64,000 nucleotides of DNA, taken from positions 104,808 to 168,807 of the IMG/VR virus record IMGVR_UViG_3300050821_010761, one strand, 5' to 3'. This document shows, one piece after another, positions 27,431 through 36,836 of this stretch. The position numbers were made by a program, and so were the translations under genes. The stretch is from a virus (taxonomy: Duplodnaviria > Heunggongvirae > Uroviricota > Caudoviricetes). Under the pieces are notes generated by a model. It had not been told where the DNA came from and did no database searches. It saw only the letters and a list, made by a program, of their open reading frames with translations. Each line of letters opens with the position of its first letter. The first letter of the stretch is position 1.

Positions 27431-29554
27431 TCACTTTCCTTTCACTTTCTTGTTAATATACCAAATCAATTCGTCAACTTGTTCCGTTGAAACCCGCCAC
27501 TCGCCACCATTTTCAACTGCCTTAACTAAAAGATACTTGTTTTCCAGCAGGTTTGTCAATTTTTCATCGTCTGACACAAATTGAGCCAAATCATCTTTGC
27601 ACCATTCCACTATGGCAGCGGGAACTGAGATGCTGAGCCTGGTTATCAAGGGTTTATACTCTACCATCATATGAGCTACATGGGCATCTTTTACTTCTTG
27701 TTTTGAGCGACGTAATAGACTCATATACTTAATATTCTTGGATTTTATGAATTTCATATCCAGCAATAATTCATTGGATGCTTTGAAATTTTTCTTGTAT
27801 TCCAAGAATGAAACAAACTTCTTTGATCCTTGCACCATTTTGATAGAATCATCGGTTAATGCGCACGGGATTATTTTCATTCCATCCAGATATTTGGAAA
27901 TACCTTGCAACATGGCCGCGTATTTCTCGTATTCTGCAAAAGAAACATACAAATAAGTCTGTGACTCCTGTTCTACAGCCTGAATAGTAGTCGTGTTGGG
28001 CGATTTTCCGCTATTGTGAACTTCGTGAATAGTAAACATCTCCTTGGTGCGGTCACGTTTAGCTTTTGGCACGCGAACGACTGGAGTGTAGGAAAGACAA
28101 GATAAACCCGTAGCATTGAAATCCTTGATAACTTTTGTTAAGGTTTTTTTGCTATCTGCCAAACTTGTTTTGATGACCATTTTTGGCATTGCTGGAGTGC
28201 TGCCAGGACTAGGAGTTGGATCTTTTTGATACGTTTCTTTTGCGCTAATAAGGATAATACTTGCTAAATTTGATTTCTCTAAATATTCGCGCAGTCTTCT
28301 ATTTTGTGTGACTACGGGCTCAGTAACATCCAACCAAAATACGTGGTCTACTGAATCCAAGCCAATGAATTGATAATTGGTTCCACGTTCCAATACCATA
28401 TTACCAGAGCGACGTTTTCTTTTGATGCATACGTGTTCTATTTCGATTTCGCTAAACTTAGGATGCTCAATCCCTCCGCGATTTACCCGATAATCATTGA
28501 ATTTAGAATATTCTTCGATATTAGCTAGTTTAGAGAGGGTTTTAAATGATTTAATCCATTCTGCATTTGTTTTCGCTGATTTGAAGGTATTTTTCACATG
28601 CTCAGCCAATGCATCTGTAGCATTTTTTGCCAATGTTGCAAGAGCCTTAGTTGTAATACCACCGCTATCGTTTGAAACCCTCTCGCGATCGGCACCAACT
28701 TCTACAATACCATTACCGATGTGAAAAATCGCTTTTCCGTTCAATTTACCTAGTAATTCTTCCAATGCAGGAATTTTCTCTACTAAATCGCGGTTGACCT
28801 CATAAGGTATGCCGTCGATTGCCAACACGCAGGTGTCATCGTATTGATGGATACCGATGAAATCTGGTAATGAAAATTCGTTGATTTCAAATTCTTTACC
28901 AAACATCTGGCCGACGTTATGCCATTGTTTAACGACGTTTTGATTGAGCCCACGAAATTCTGGTTTCTCTTTTTCGTTCCAAAAATAGGAAGCACGAAAA
29001 ATCGATTTTCTGAATTCTGAGCAATCCTGCGGATTTATTGCTATTTGAATTTCAGTACCAGCTTGTTCGTCTGTATTTACTTCACTTAGTAAATCACATC
29101 GTCCTTCCTTGTTAGCGCCGATATGGGCTACATACGTACGTTTAACTCCGCCAGTGATCGAAACAATTGTAAAGGAATCTGTGTACGCCCATGCTGACTT
29201 GGCACCGATACCAAATCCACCAGTTTGTCCATTGGTCTTGCGTTTGGTGGACGATCCATATTTGCAGAATACGTTAGCCATACGATCTGGCGTGATACCT
29301 GGACCGAAGTCGCGAACCTTAAAGACGGGACTTAATTCATTTGGGACGCTAACAATTATGCTTTGTTTAGTGTTTTTCTCCCTATGAGAATCTCTCGCAT
29401 TACACATGTATTCCTGGATTAGTGTGCGGACCTTGTGCTGGTACAGTCTATTGCGCAAAATATCAATAATTACCGAAGCATCGCCAATGGTGAAATCTTG
29501 TGAAACAACTTGAGCATTCGTTTCAAGTGCATTGTCGTAAGCATTGAGTTTCAT
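27431..29554 (-). CDS. rIIA: rIIA-like protein with N-terminal GHKL (Hsp90/MORC-type) ATPase domain
   Basis: N-box LIQEYMCNARDS, G1 box DFGPGIT, G2 box GQTGGFGIGAKSAW. 707 aa is close to T4 rIIA (725 aa), which has a HATPase_c N-domain. Followed by the rIIB-like gene. Confidence 0.55.
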   Translation of the reverse strand: MKLNAYDNALETNAQVVSQDFTIGDASVIIDILRNRLYQHKVRTLIQEYMCNARDSHREKNTKQSIIVSVPNELSPVFKVRDFGPGITPDRMANVFCKYGSSTKRKTNGQTGGFGIGAKSAWAYTDSFTIVSITGGVKRTYVAHIGANKEGRCDLLSEVNTDEQAGTEIQIAINPQDCSEFRKSIFRASYFWNEKEKPEFRGLNQNVVKQWHNVGQMFGKEFEINEFSLPDFIGIHQYDDTCVLAIDGIPYEVNRDLVEKIPALEELLGKLNGKAIFHIGNGIVEVGADRERVSNDSGGITTKALATLAKNATDALAEHVKNTFKSAKTNAEWIKSFKTLSKLANIEEYSKFNDYRVNRGGIEHPKFSEIEIEHVCIKRKRRSGNMVLERGTNYQFIGLDSVDHVFWLDVTEPVVTQNRRLREYLEKSNLASIILISAKETYQKDPTPSPGSTPAMPKMVIKTSLADSKKTLTKVIKDFNATGLSCLSYTPVVRVPKAKRDRTKEMFTIHEVHNSGKSPNTTTIQAVEQESQTYLYVSFAEYEKYAAMLQGISKYLDGMKIIPCALTDDSIKMVQGSKKFVSFLEYKKNFKASNELLLDMKFIKSKNIKYMSLLRRSKQEVKDAHVAHMMVEYKPLITRLSISVPAAIVEWCKDDLAQFVSDDEKLTNLLENKYLLVKAVENGGEWRVSTEQVDELIWYINKKVKGK

Positions 29555-29699
29555 TTTCCCTCTCCTTGTTACGTATATCTAATGCATTTGCGATGCCAGC
29601 GTGTAGTAGCGCTATATTCGATTTGGCAGAGGTATGGTGTCAATGATTTATACGATAATTTGAATTGCTCAGTAATTTTAGATGTAAAACTTATAGACG

Positions 29700-29734
29700 G
29701 TGAAAAGAAGTTGGACGCGTCTATTCGCGACGCG
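29700..29734 (-). terminator. putative rho-independent terminator upstream of rIIA gene (ends preceding operon)
   Basis: On the - strand, CGCGTC-GCGAATA-GACGCG hairpin followed by UCCAACUUCUUUUCAC. Overlaps the stop codon of the 29721-29915 gene. Confidence 0.45.
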
Positions 29735-29915
29735 CCACTCTGATAATGCCATCACCGAGGCATAGACCAGCGACAATAAGCAATGGAGTATAGATAGCAG
29801 ATTCTGTTATGGAAAGTCCAATAACAGTAAGAAACAATCCGATGATGATCAAATATAGACCTTTCATATTAAAACAAATCCTCGTCATATTCATTGGCTT
29901 CGTCATTTGCGGCAC
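29721..29915 (-). CDS. small membrane protein
   Basis: Hydrophobic LYLIIIGLFLTVIGLSI and LLIVAGLCLG segments. Confidence 0.3.
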   Translation of the reverse strand: MPQMTKPMNMTRICFNMKGLYLIIIGLFLTVIGLSITESAIYTPLLIVAGLCLGDGIIRVARRE

Positions 29916-30192
29916 TTTCCCAATCCCATTCGCCTTCGTAGACTAATTCCTCAACTATTCCATCTATTTCCGACTCTTCATCGTCCGTTAGCGTCTCCTC
30001 TGTATCAATAACATACGAATGGCTATCAATGAGCCAACGTCCAACACCACGACCGCCATCTCCATCAGCACCATAGTGAGAATCGTATATACCCTCTACT
30101 TCGATATCCACTGTTACCGTTTTGCCAGACAATAACTCTATCTCACGTTCTCTGTGAATGTTAGCCATGTTATACTCCCGACAATCGAGCAA
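29869..30192 (-). CDS. acidic hypothetical protein (107 aa)
   Basis: D/E-rich. Packed array. Confidence 0.35.
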   Translation of the reverse strand: MLDCREYNMANIHREREIELLSGKTVTVDIEVEGIYDSHYGADGDGGRGVGRWLIDSHSYVIDTEETLTDDEESEIDGIVEELVYEGEWDWESAANDEANEYDEDLF

Positions 30193-30475
30193 TAGTCTGT
30201 ATGCCGTTTACGTACTTTATCAGGCCACCAGCTCGCAGTATATCCATTAAGGTGCTAGTATCAATAGTGCCTTCCTCAGTCTCGACCAGTGCGCCCAGGA
30301 GCGTTGTAGCCGTAATATCTAATTTTGATACATTATCTAGTACTTGGACAGTACGTCCAGCTGCAATTTCTTCCACAATCTTTTTAAGAGTGGTATAAGT
30401 ACTTGTTTCACAATCATACAGTTTGACATCCACGTATCGGCGAATAATTTTAGTTTCAGTTTGAGTCGTTGTCAC
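30170..30475 (-). CDS. hypothetical protein (101 aa)
   Basis: Packed array. No recognisable motifs. Confidence 0.35.
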   Translation of the reverse strand: MTTTQTETKIIRRYVDVKLYDCETSTYTTLKKIVEEIAAGRTVQVLDNVSKLDITATTLLGALVETEEGTIDTSTLMDILRAGGLIKYVNGIQTIARLSGV

Positions 30476-30495
30476 AAAAAATCCTTTCCTTAGAT

Positions 30496-30828
30496 TTAAG
30501 CTAATCTCATGTTTTTGAGGTACGCAGTACTGATTGAGTTTCGCTTGAAGAATTTTGCCACGCGATCGCGAAATTTCTTAGTACCCGTCACGCCCACATT
30601 ACCAGCTATACCACGATCACTTCGAGTACCATTCATGAACGTGCCAGTCAATGGGCAATTGGTAGTTACGATGTAACCATCTGCAAAACCCCAGACGAAT
30701 TTGCCATCCATCAGTTTGCGATTAGTGAATGTGAGTTTGTTTAAGGCCAGCAGTTTTGCGAATTTGGGCGCTTCAATCACTGCCTCTTCGAATCCACATT
30801 GATAGTCTTTGCGTTGTTTTTTTGCCAT
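30496..30828 (-). CDS. hypothetical basic protein (110 aa)
   Basis: Start at MAKKQRK preferred. Confidence 0.35.
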   Translation of the reverse strand: MAKKQRKDYQCGFEEAVIEAPKFAKLLALNKLTFTNRKLMDGKFVWGFADGYIVTTNCPLTGTFMNGTRSDRGIAGNVGVTGTKKFRDRVAKFFKRNSISTAYLKNMRLA

Positions 30829-30892
30829 TTTCTCTCCCTTGACCATTTAGGTCTTTTGTAAACATTACCACAAATAAAACGCATTGCAACAA

Positions 30893-31186
30893 TTATCTTA
30901 AATCCTTAGAAATTTTATAAATGCCCGTTATCTTATAGTAACCGTGGTATTCATTTAAATATAATCCAACGAAAGCGTCTTGTATATCTTGAGGATAGTT
31001 TCTCAGTTTACCAGTGTGATACATATATTTTCCACTATCGCGCATGTCAATAAAACACACGTAAGAATCTGGTTCAATCTCATAATCTGGTATGATCAAT
31101 TTGAGTTCAACCATTTTCTTGACGTCTTCTAGTAGTTCTTTTATGTGACGTTCAATCATGCCGATAACTTTCGTTTGGCTTGACAT
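30893..31186 (-). CDS. hypothetical protein (97 aa)
   Basis: Packed array. No recognisable motifs. Confidence 0.35.
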   Translation of the reverse strand: MSSQTKVIGMIERHIKELLEDVKKMVELKLIIPDYEIEPDSYVCFIDMRDSGKYMYHTGKLRNYPQDIQDAFVGLYLNEYHGYYKITGIYKISKDLR

Positions 31187-31650
31187 TTTTCACAATATTC
31201 ATCATCAAAACTAAAACCTCTGTAGATTTTCCAATGATGATCGCACTCTCCTTGGCTTGTAGAATTTTCAGGTTTATAGAAGTACTTAGAATGCCAACCA
31301 TTTTCCGTGCCTCGATCATTCGCTTTCACGTATATCGTTTCGTTATCCCCAGTTAAACCCACTATTCTCGCTACCGTGTACGCTCGACCTTTAGTAAATT
31401 GATTGGGATAGTCTGCGTTGCATATCACAATATCGCCGACCTTAAATTCTGTTTTGTTTTCCGTGGCCAGTTCAAAATACATAGAATCCCATCCGTCTGG
31501 AAGACCTCTGTCGTCGGCTAAGATATCAACTCTAATTTTTGAATCGCCACAATAGCGGTACTTGTGGATGCTTGCAACCGTGTATTGTTTGCCCTTAGTG
31601 AGTTGAACACCGTAGTCTTTCTTGCAAATTACTTTATCGCCCGCTTTCAT
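31156..31650 (-). CDS. protein with internal tandem duplication of a ~70-aa domain
   Basis: GDKVICKKDYGVQLTKGKQYTVASI...DGWDSMYFE repeats as GDIVICNADYPNQFTKGRAYTVARI...NGWHSKYFY. Confidence 0.45.
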   Translation of the reverse strand: MKAGDKVICKKDYGVQLTKGKQYTVASIHKYRYCGDSKIRVDILADDRGLPDGWDSMYFELATENKTEFKVGDIVICNADYPNQFTKGRAYTVARIVGLTGDNETIYVKANDRGTENGWHSKYFYKPENSTSQGECDHHWKIYRGFSFDDEYCEKCQAKRKLSA

Positions 31651-31835
31651 GCTGCCTCCGATTTATATTCGAATGATCCTATCTTAATGTAAAAAATATC
31701 CTTAGTAAAGAGCCAATCAAAGAATCGATTTTTCGATTTTGCAGTTGATAGTTTGGCTCTGGGAATTCCATCGCCCTGGCATCCACCTTCAATACAATGC
31801 AAGTAAACACCAGTTTTTGTCTTATAGTGTTTCAT
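31647..31835 (-). CDS. hypothetical protein (62 aa)
   Basis: Packed array. No recognisable motifs. Confidence 0.3.
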   Translation of the reverse strand: MKHYKTKTGVYLHCIEGGCQGDGIPRAKLSTAKSKNRFFDWLFTKDIFYIKIGSFEYKSEAA

Positions 31836-32056
31836 TTTGGTTTGTCCTTTTCCTGGATGAAAGTCTGATGGTGAGATGCGTCGTTTAACGCATCTGATAA
31901 CATTACGATATCCTCTTTGTTTAGGTACACCACAAATGATTTTTTACCATCCAGTTCGGCAACCTCCATAGTTATTCCTTCCAATGTGCTGCTAATTTTC
32001 AATGACTGATCACACACTGAGATGAATTGCAACGTCAAATCGACACCTTTAATCAT
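31832..32056 (-). CDS. hypothetical protein (74 aa)
   Basis: Packed array. No recognisable motifs. Confidence 0.3.
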   Translation of the reverse strand: MIKGVDLTLQFISVCDQSLKISSTLEGITMEVAELDGKKSFVVYLNKEDIVMLSDALNDASHHQTFIQEKDKPK

Positions 32057-32059
32057 AAA

Positions 32060-32260
32060 TCACCACCACCCAAATATGCGACCAAATATTGGTAATAGCA
32101 TTATGCCACCCAGCAATGCCGTAATGCGCTGTTCATCGGTACCAAATGTCATTCCAAGTGCTCTCAGGCTCAATAACACTATGCAATAGGTGATCATGGT
32201 TTCCCCTTTCCCCTTGGATAAAAAGCCGCGATGGTACACTTTTGTAGTCCCATGTACCAC
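32060..32260 (-). CDS. small membrane protein (66 aa)
   Basis: Two hydrophobic segments. Confidence 0.3.
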   Translation of the reverse strand: MVHGTTKVYHRGFLSKGKGETMITYCIVLLSLRALGMTFGTDEQRITALLGGIMLLPIFGRIFGWW

Positions 32261-32573
32261 CGCGACACAAGGGGGTTACTAGATAACAATGCACATAGGA
32301 TGCCAAGGTATAACCTGTTGAATTAATTGAAGTCTAGCAATGAGAATACGTCAAACTTTTATGCAAAATTCATAAAATGTTTCTATTAGCAAATGATCTT
32401 AATAACTTATTCATCTGCATAACTTCTATGCGAATGTCAATAGTTCGACGGTCAGAATGAGGCATGCGAAAAAATAGTTCTGAAAAAAGAGTTTTGTAAA
32501 AATTCGATTTTGAGGGGACTGGGTTAGCCACTCCCCACTGAACCCACTGGTGGGGCATCAACATGTATTTGAA

Positions 32574-32909
32574 TTACCAAGGTTTCCAGTCAGACCATTT
32601 CTTAGTATCGTCCCAGGACATTGGATCATTTTGCTCTAGCTCGTAGAATCGTTTGCATCCACAATCCGAACATTGCTCGCAATTGATATAAGGCACGACT
32701 CTTGCAGACTGGTCATGCGGGCAAGACAGGATGTTTTGCTCAATCTCGCGTGCGATCACTCTGAAATCTCCCATTATTTGTGCCTTCCACTGCGGTGGTA
32801 GCGTTTTCACGGCATCCTTGAGATTTGGTGTCGTATAGGTAGTATCAACTGCGCTGCGGTCCTTATAGAACGCCTCGAACACTATTTTTAATGCCTCGCC
32901 ATACTTCAC
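32574..32909 (-). CDS. Cys-rich hypothetical protein (111 aa)
   Basis: CPHD...CEQCSDCGC motif. A hairpin pair lies downstream at 32514-32565. Confidence 0.4.
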   Translation of the reverse strand: MKYGEALKIVFEAFYKDRSAVDTTYTTPNLKDAVKTLPPQWKAQIMGDFRVIAREIEQNILSCPHDQSARVVPYINCEQCSDCGCKRFYELEQNDPMSWDDTKKWSDWKPW

Positions 32910-32918
32910 AGTTCAACC

Positions 32919-33179
32919 CTATCGTGTTATTGGATTTTTGTCAAAATTCTCAGAATGAGACAGTCTCATATTGAGAATCTCAGATTGATAATCTCGAATT
33001 GGGACTGGCTTGAATCTTGCATGCATCTCAGCTCGATACGTCTCACAATGAGACGTTGGCTCGTTTATTGCATATAGAACCAATTTCTTAATAAATTCAA
33101 TAGATTGCACGTTGGCATGATTCTCCATCGAAATATAATGGAATTGGTTGATTTTGATGCGTATTTTTTTGGACCGCAT
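32919..33179 (-). CDS. hypothetical protein (86 aa)
   Basis: RBS AGGAG plus ATG (MRSKK). Coding sequence carries two perfect GAGAC-type palindromes. Confidence 0.4.
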   Translation of the reverse strand: MRSKKIRIKINQFHYISMENHANVQSIEFIKKLVLYAINEPTSHCETYRAEMHARFKPVPIRDYQSEILNMRLSHSENFDKNPITR

Positions 33180-33346
33180 TTTCTTTGCCTCACTCCTAGA
33201 ATATCCTGCTTGACGCTCTAATCGCCCCGCCATTGCACGCATGCCAAGTGACGCGATGCAGCATATGCGACCCGCAAACCCTCAAACCGTCCCATTTTGA
33301 GACAAATTTCGCCTCAATACAATGCCTTAGTCACGCCGCGCGACGC

Positions 33347-33595
33347 TTAGCCTTGGTTAGCGCCACGTGGCAGTGTCACTGGACACTGGTGTTTGGTTAC
33401 ATCAAGGCATGCATCGGTCAAGGTCCCGTTTGGCCTAACCAATTCAATGAGACCACTTAGGACCGATACGCCTAGCCCACCGTCTAATAACGTCTCGACT
33501 AAGTAAACTTGTCCGCGTTGCAACGTGCCCGTCTCGGTCTCGACGTCGCATAGTGCCTTGACAAAATCACCACGTCTCAATATGAGATTCTCCAT
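33347..33595 (-). CDS. hypothetical protein (83 aa)
   Basis: RBS GGAAGGAAACGT-ATG (MENLIL). A palindrome overlaps the start codon region. Confidence 0.4.
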   Translation of the reverse strand: MENLILRRGDFVKALCDVETETGTLQRGQVYLVETLLDGGLGVSVLSGLIELVRPNGTLTDACLDVTKHQCPVTLPRGANQG

Positions 33596-33658
33596 ACGTT
33601 TCCTTCCGTTTGGCATAATAATTGCATGCATTATTGCATATATGTAATTATTATGCAA

Positions 33659-33923
33659 TTGTTTTAATTCAATACAATCTCAATTCAATACACTAACCCA
33701 TTTCTGTCTCATTTTGAGACAACTAACCCATCTCCGTGTTACTCCAAAACAATGTCTCAATTCGAGATTAGCCTTAGCGTAGTAAAATAGTCCATCTCAA
33801 ATTGATCATTGGTCTGCAATTTCTGTGCCACCACTCTATACGTATCCCTTTGATACACGAATATTTGTCCTATCCTGAGACGCTCCCTCAAAATCAAACG
33901 TTTGATAAGTTTTACATGATTCA
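33659..33923. promoter_or_regulatory. operator-like regulatory region with perfect 17-bp palindrome TGTCTCATTTTGAGACA flanked by ACTAACCCA and AATTCAATACA direct repeats
   Basis: Palindrome at 33705-33721. Direct repeats at 33666-33692 and at 33692/33722. Intergenic region upstream of the 33347-33595 gene. Confidence 0.4.
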
Positions 33924-34844
33924 TCAATGCACTACCGTGCCAACGTCCCTAACAAAACCCGACGTGTCTCGCTTAGCAATGCCCTTGGCCTTGAGACCGA
34001 CGATCAATCCAACGGTCTCGCGAGCATCCAAAAAGCGAAAATCATGCTTGTCACCGTCAATCACCTTAAAACCCTGATAAGTCTCGGGCAATGCCGACGT
34101 CCTAAACACGGTCGCAACGTTGACGCCTAAATTCAGTGCCTTAAGGCAATCGTCCCAATTTGATTCACTGGCACTAAATGTGACATGATAGTTCGGTATC
34201 GAAACAATACGCTCTAAACGCTTGAATACTTTGGTATAATCGTAGAACGTCACGTTTGGATACAGTTCAAAAATGTTCTTGCCTGTATCACCGACCTTGA
34301 ATAACTCCCATGCCAAGTCCGAAGTCCCATTGAGTCTCACAATGACACGGTTGCTGGTCTTGGCACAGATTTTGCCTATTTCGCGACTCAAACGCGTCAA
34401 AAACGTCTGTCTAAATTTGAGAAAATATAGCGTTTTGCGAAGTCTTGGCATCTGGACACCGTCGAATAGCCCGCGTCCCGCACCGTTGAGGCATGCCGCG
34501 CGACACCCCGCCGATGCGTTAGGGCATATATTTACACCGCTAAGGTCGGATGGACTAAGGTGCAAAATCCAATTCGAGACGTCGCCTAACCCCGCGTCCT
34601 TAGCCGTTTTTGGATTGATCATGCCGTTAGACAGGATTGACACCTTAGTTAGACGCTGTTCCAAAGCAAGACGATCGTTTTGACTCAACTCTTCGAAATT
34701 GATCAGGTCCCAAAGGTCTGTCTCAAGTGGAGACAACTCCTGTTTGGCACGAATTTTGCTTTGCAATTGGTCTTTAACTTGTCTCAATAAGAAACCCTTA
34801 CCCGCATCTGTCCCAGTATGGAGCGATTGAATGATTTGTTTCAT
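33924..34844 (-). CDS. Cys-motif protein, possibly phage Gp37/Gp68 (DUF5131)-like
   Basis: Start at MKQ with RBS AAGGAATCAAA-ATG. Cys-x6-Cys-x3-Cys cluster (NICPNASAGCRAAC). 307 aa. Confidence 0.4.
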   Translation of the reverse strand: MKQIIQSLHTGTDAGKGFLLRQVKDQLQSKIRAKQELSPLETDLWDLINFEELSQNDRLALEQRLTKVSILSNGMINPKTAKDAGLGDVSNWILHLSPSDLSGVNICPNASAGCRAACLNGAGRGLFDGVQMPRLRKTLYFLKFRQTFLTRLSREIGKICAKTSNRVIVRLNGTSDLAWELFKVGDTGKNIFELYPNVTFYDYTKVFKRLERIVSIPNYHVTFSASESNWDDCLKALNLGVNVATVFRTSALPETYQGFKVIDGDKHDFRFLDARETVGLIVGLKAKGIAKRDTSGFVRDVGTVVH

Positions 34845-35038
34845 TTTGATTCCTTTAGTTCTGCATTCCATCTCATTATAAGACTGTCTATTTTCCTTAT
34901 CAATCTGGGACACTGGTCTACGTTGTCTCGAAACAATGCATTTCGTAGACGCTCCAAGTCTCGCTTCGAGAACTCCACTTGGTCTTGAAACGAGCCGTCT
35001 ACATTCAAGACGGCATCGAGTACTATTTTTGGTCTCAT
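34841..35038 (-). CDS. hypothetical protein (65 aa)
   Basis: GGGGTTATCAAA-ATGAGAC start context. ATGA overlap with the downstream gene. Confidence 0.35.
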   Translation of the reverse strand: MRPKIVLDAVLNVDGSFQDQVEFSKRDLERLRNALFRDNVDQCPRLIRKIDSLIMRWNAELKESK

Positions 35039-35062
35039 TTTGATAACCCCTTTTATCTCGTT

Positions 35063-35377
35063 TTAATTCAAACCCTGTTCGAAATCCCATAATGATACTT
35101 CGTGTGTATCACCCTCAGTCTGCTGGCATGACTCACAATGATCCAAGCAATCGTCTCCAAATGAGACAACTTGAATTTCATCCAAGCAATGCGAACAAAC
35201 TCTAACCGTCTCAATTTGAGGCTGACTCACACTGAGACTAAGTTTGCCCCAAACCAAATGCCTATAAAACCCTTGATGAGACCTATAGGTTGGTCGGTGT
35301 ATCTTAAAGTGAGTCCAGTCCCACCGTGCTGTCAAGCCAATCTCAATATAATACGCGAAAAACCAAAAGCGTTTCAT
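35063..35377 (-). CDS. Cys-rich hypothetical protein (104 aa)
   Basis: RBS GAGGAG. CSHCLDE...CLDHCESC. Confidence 0.4.
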   Translation of the reverse strand: MKRFWFFAYYIEIGLTARWDWTHFKIHRPTYRSHQGFYRHLVWGKLSLSVSQPQIETVRVCSHCLDEIQVVSFGDDCLDHCESCQQTEGDTHEVSLWDFEQGLN

Positions 35378-35378
35378 T

Positions 35379-35585
35379 TTAATACTCCTCGTTTGAGTCG
35401 TCGGACCGTATCTCAGCTAAGTGTATCTCGAACAGGTCTCGTCCGTACAGTGCAATATACGCGGTTGCGTATATTTGAGACAAAGGATCATTGGTCTCAT
35501 CCAATACGTATTGAAAGAAGTCGTCTCCTTCTGAGTCAATTATGTATTGAGCACACTCTAGTAAATTTGGTAAATCATGTCTCAT
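35379..35585 (-). CDS. acidic hypothetical protein (68 aa)
   Basis: ATGAGAC start with GGGTGG RBS. Confidence 0.35.
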   Translation of the reverse strand: MRHDLPNLLECAQYIIDSEGDDFFQYVLDETNDPLSQIYATAYIALYGRDLFEIHLAEIRSDDSNEEY

Positions 35586-35586
35586 T

Positions 35587-36051
35587 TTAAGCCACCCGTG
35601 CCCGTTCTTTAATTGTTAGAGGGATGCGTAGCGTTTTGAGGCCAAGGATTTTTTGTGCCAAAATGAGACCGTCAGCCCATTCTGAGACAAAACCATCGGA
35701 CTTGACCTCAATTGAATCACCTAGATAGTGTTTCAAAATGATCAGACATGCGGTCACGACTGTATCATATGGATACTGTCTAGTTTTGCAAAAACTAAAT
35801 GTCTCATTCTCGGACAAGTGTTCACGCATAATGAAGTCTTCGCATTGACCGACGCGTGCCGAACCATTGACCTTGAGACCGCCATATTGAAACGTCTTAT
35901 CGTGGGCCGTGTAACCAGATAAGCCACCAAATGTCTCAGAATAATATCGTACCACTTTGGCACATTTGCGAATCGCAATTTGATACTTCTTCTCCATTTG
36001 AGACGTTTTGCCTCTATTCGAAGTAAACGACCAGTAGTGAGTGTGTCCCAT
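35587..36051 (-). CDS. hypothetical protein (154 aa)
   Basis: AAAGGGGTTCAAAA-ATG start context. Confidence 0.4.
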   Translation of the reverse strand: MGHTHYWSFTSNRGKTSQMEKKYQIAIRKCAKVVRYYSETFGGLSGYTAHDKTFQYGGLKVNGSARVGQCEDFIMREHLSENETFSFCKTRQYPYDTVVTACLIILKHYLGDSIEVKSDGFVSEWADGLILAQKILGLKTLRIPLTIKERARVA

Positions 36052-36143
36052 TTTTGAACCCCTTTGTTTTGGTCTCGCGACCTATATACATCCTATCGTC
36101 AATCCGTGACAAAACTTAAGTAAAAAATGCAATGCGTATCAAA

Positions 36144-36764
36144 TTAAGACGAACATAGACCGCCGATAAGCCAACGTGTCTCGCGTTGTTTTTTATTAGC
36201 CTTAGTCTGCAATGCATCGCGATGCTCGGTGATTTTGGTCTGGACGTCCTTAAGTTTTGCCCGCAACGCGTCTCGTTTTTTTGCGTCTGTTTTTGAGACA
36301 AAGCTACCGTCACAGACTGGACATTTGAGTGTTTTGGTCCTAAATCTGGTGTCAAGTCTAGACCGACACGTCGGGCAACTAACAAACTCAATTGACTTAA
36401 GTTTTTGGTCAATCGCGGTGGATAGGTCGCGTTCTAAGGCATTGAGTTTGTTTTGCAATTCAGTGGACGTCGCTAACAGTTTGGTTAGCTTAGCATCTGG
36501 CTCAAAACGATTCGTCTCTTTATAACGCACTGCAATGGCATTCTCCCATTTTTGGCACGTCTCAGAAAGATACTCGGACGCCTCGTGGTGGCTATTGAAT
36601 TCTTTAGAATGTTTAATTTCGAGACCACGGCACATATTGAGACGACCAGAATACGACTGTCCCGACTCATGGTCGCATTCGTCCTGATAGGCTTTAAAGC
36701 GTTTCTCAAGTTGAGACTCGGTCAACTTGCCGTCTAAATCTAACTCATCAAAACAAGCGCCCAC
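36144..36764 (-). CDS. zinc-ribbon-containing protein (206 aa, GTG start)
   Basis: AAAGGGGTTTTT-GTG start context. CPTCRSRLD...CPVCDG. Confidence 0.4.
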   Translation of the reverse strand: MGACFDELDLDGKLTESQLEKRFKAYQDECDHESGQSYSGRLNMCRGLEIKHSKEFNSHHEASEYLSETCQKWENAIAVRYKETNRFEPDAKLTKLLATSTELQNKLNALERDLSTAIDQKLKSIEFVSCPTCRSRLDTRFRTKTLKCPVCDGSFVSKTDAKKRDALRAKLKDVQTKITEHRDALQTKANKKQRETRWLIGGLCSS

Positions 36765-36836
36765 AAAAACCCCTTTGTTTTATTTTGGTACACCAAAAGA
36801 CTGCCCCATTATGAGGCAGCCCTAACTGTATCAAAA

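Noticed and set aside
32492-32511. AT-rich 13/15 inverted match (TTTTGTAAAAATT vs 41444-41464) flanking the GC-rich island, considered as terminal inverted repeats of a mobile element
   Set aside because: Short, imperfect and AT-rich. No transposase/integrase or target-site duplication. A chance match is plausible.
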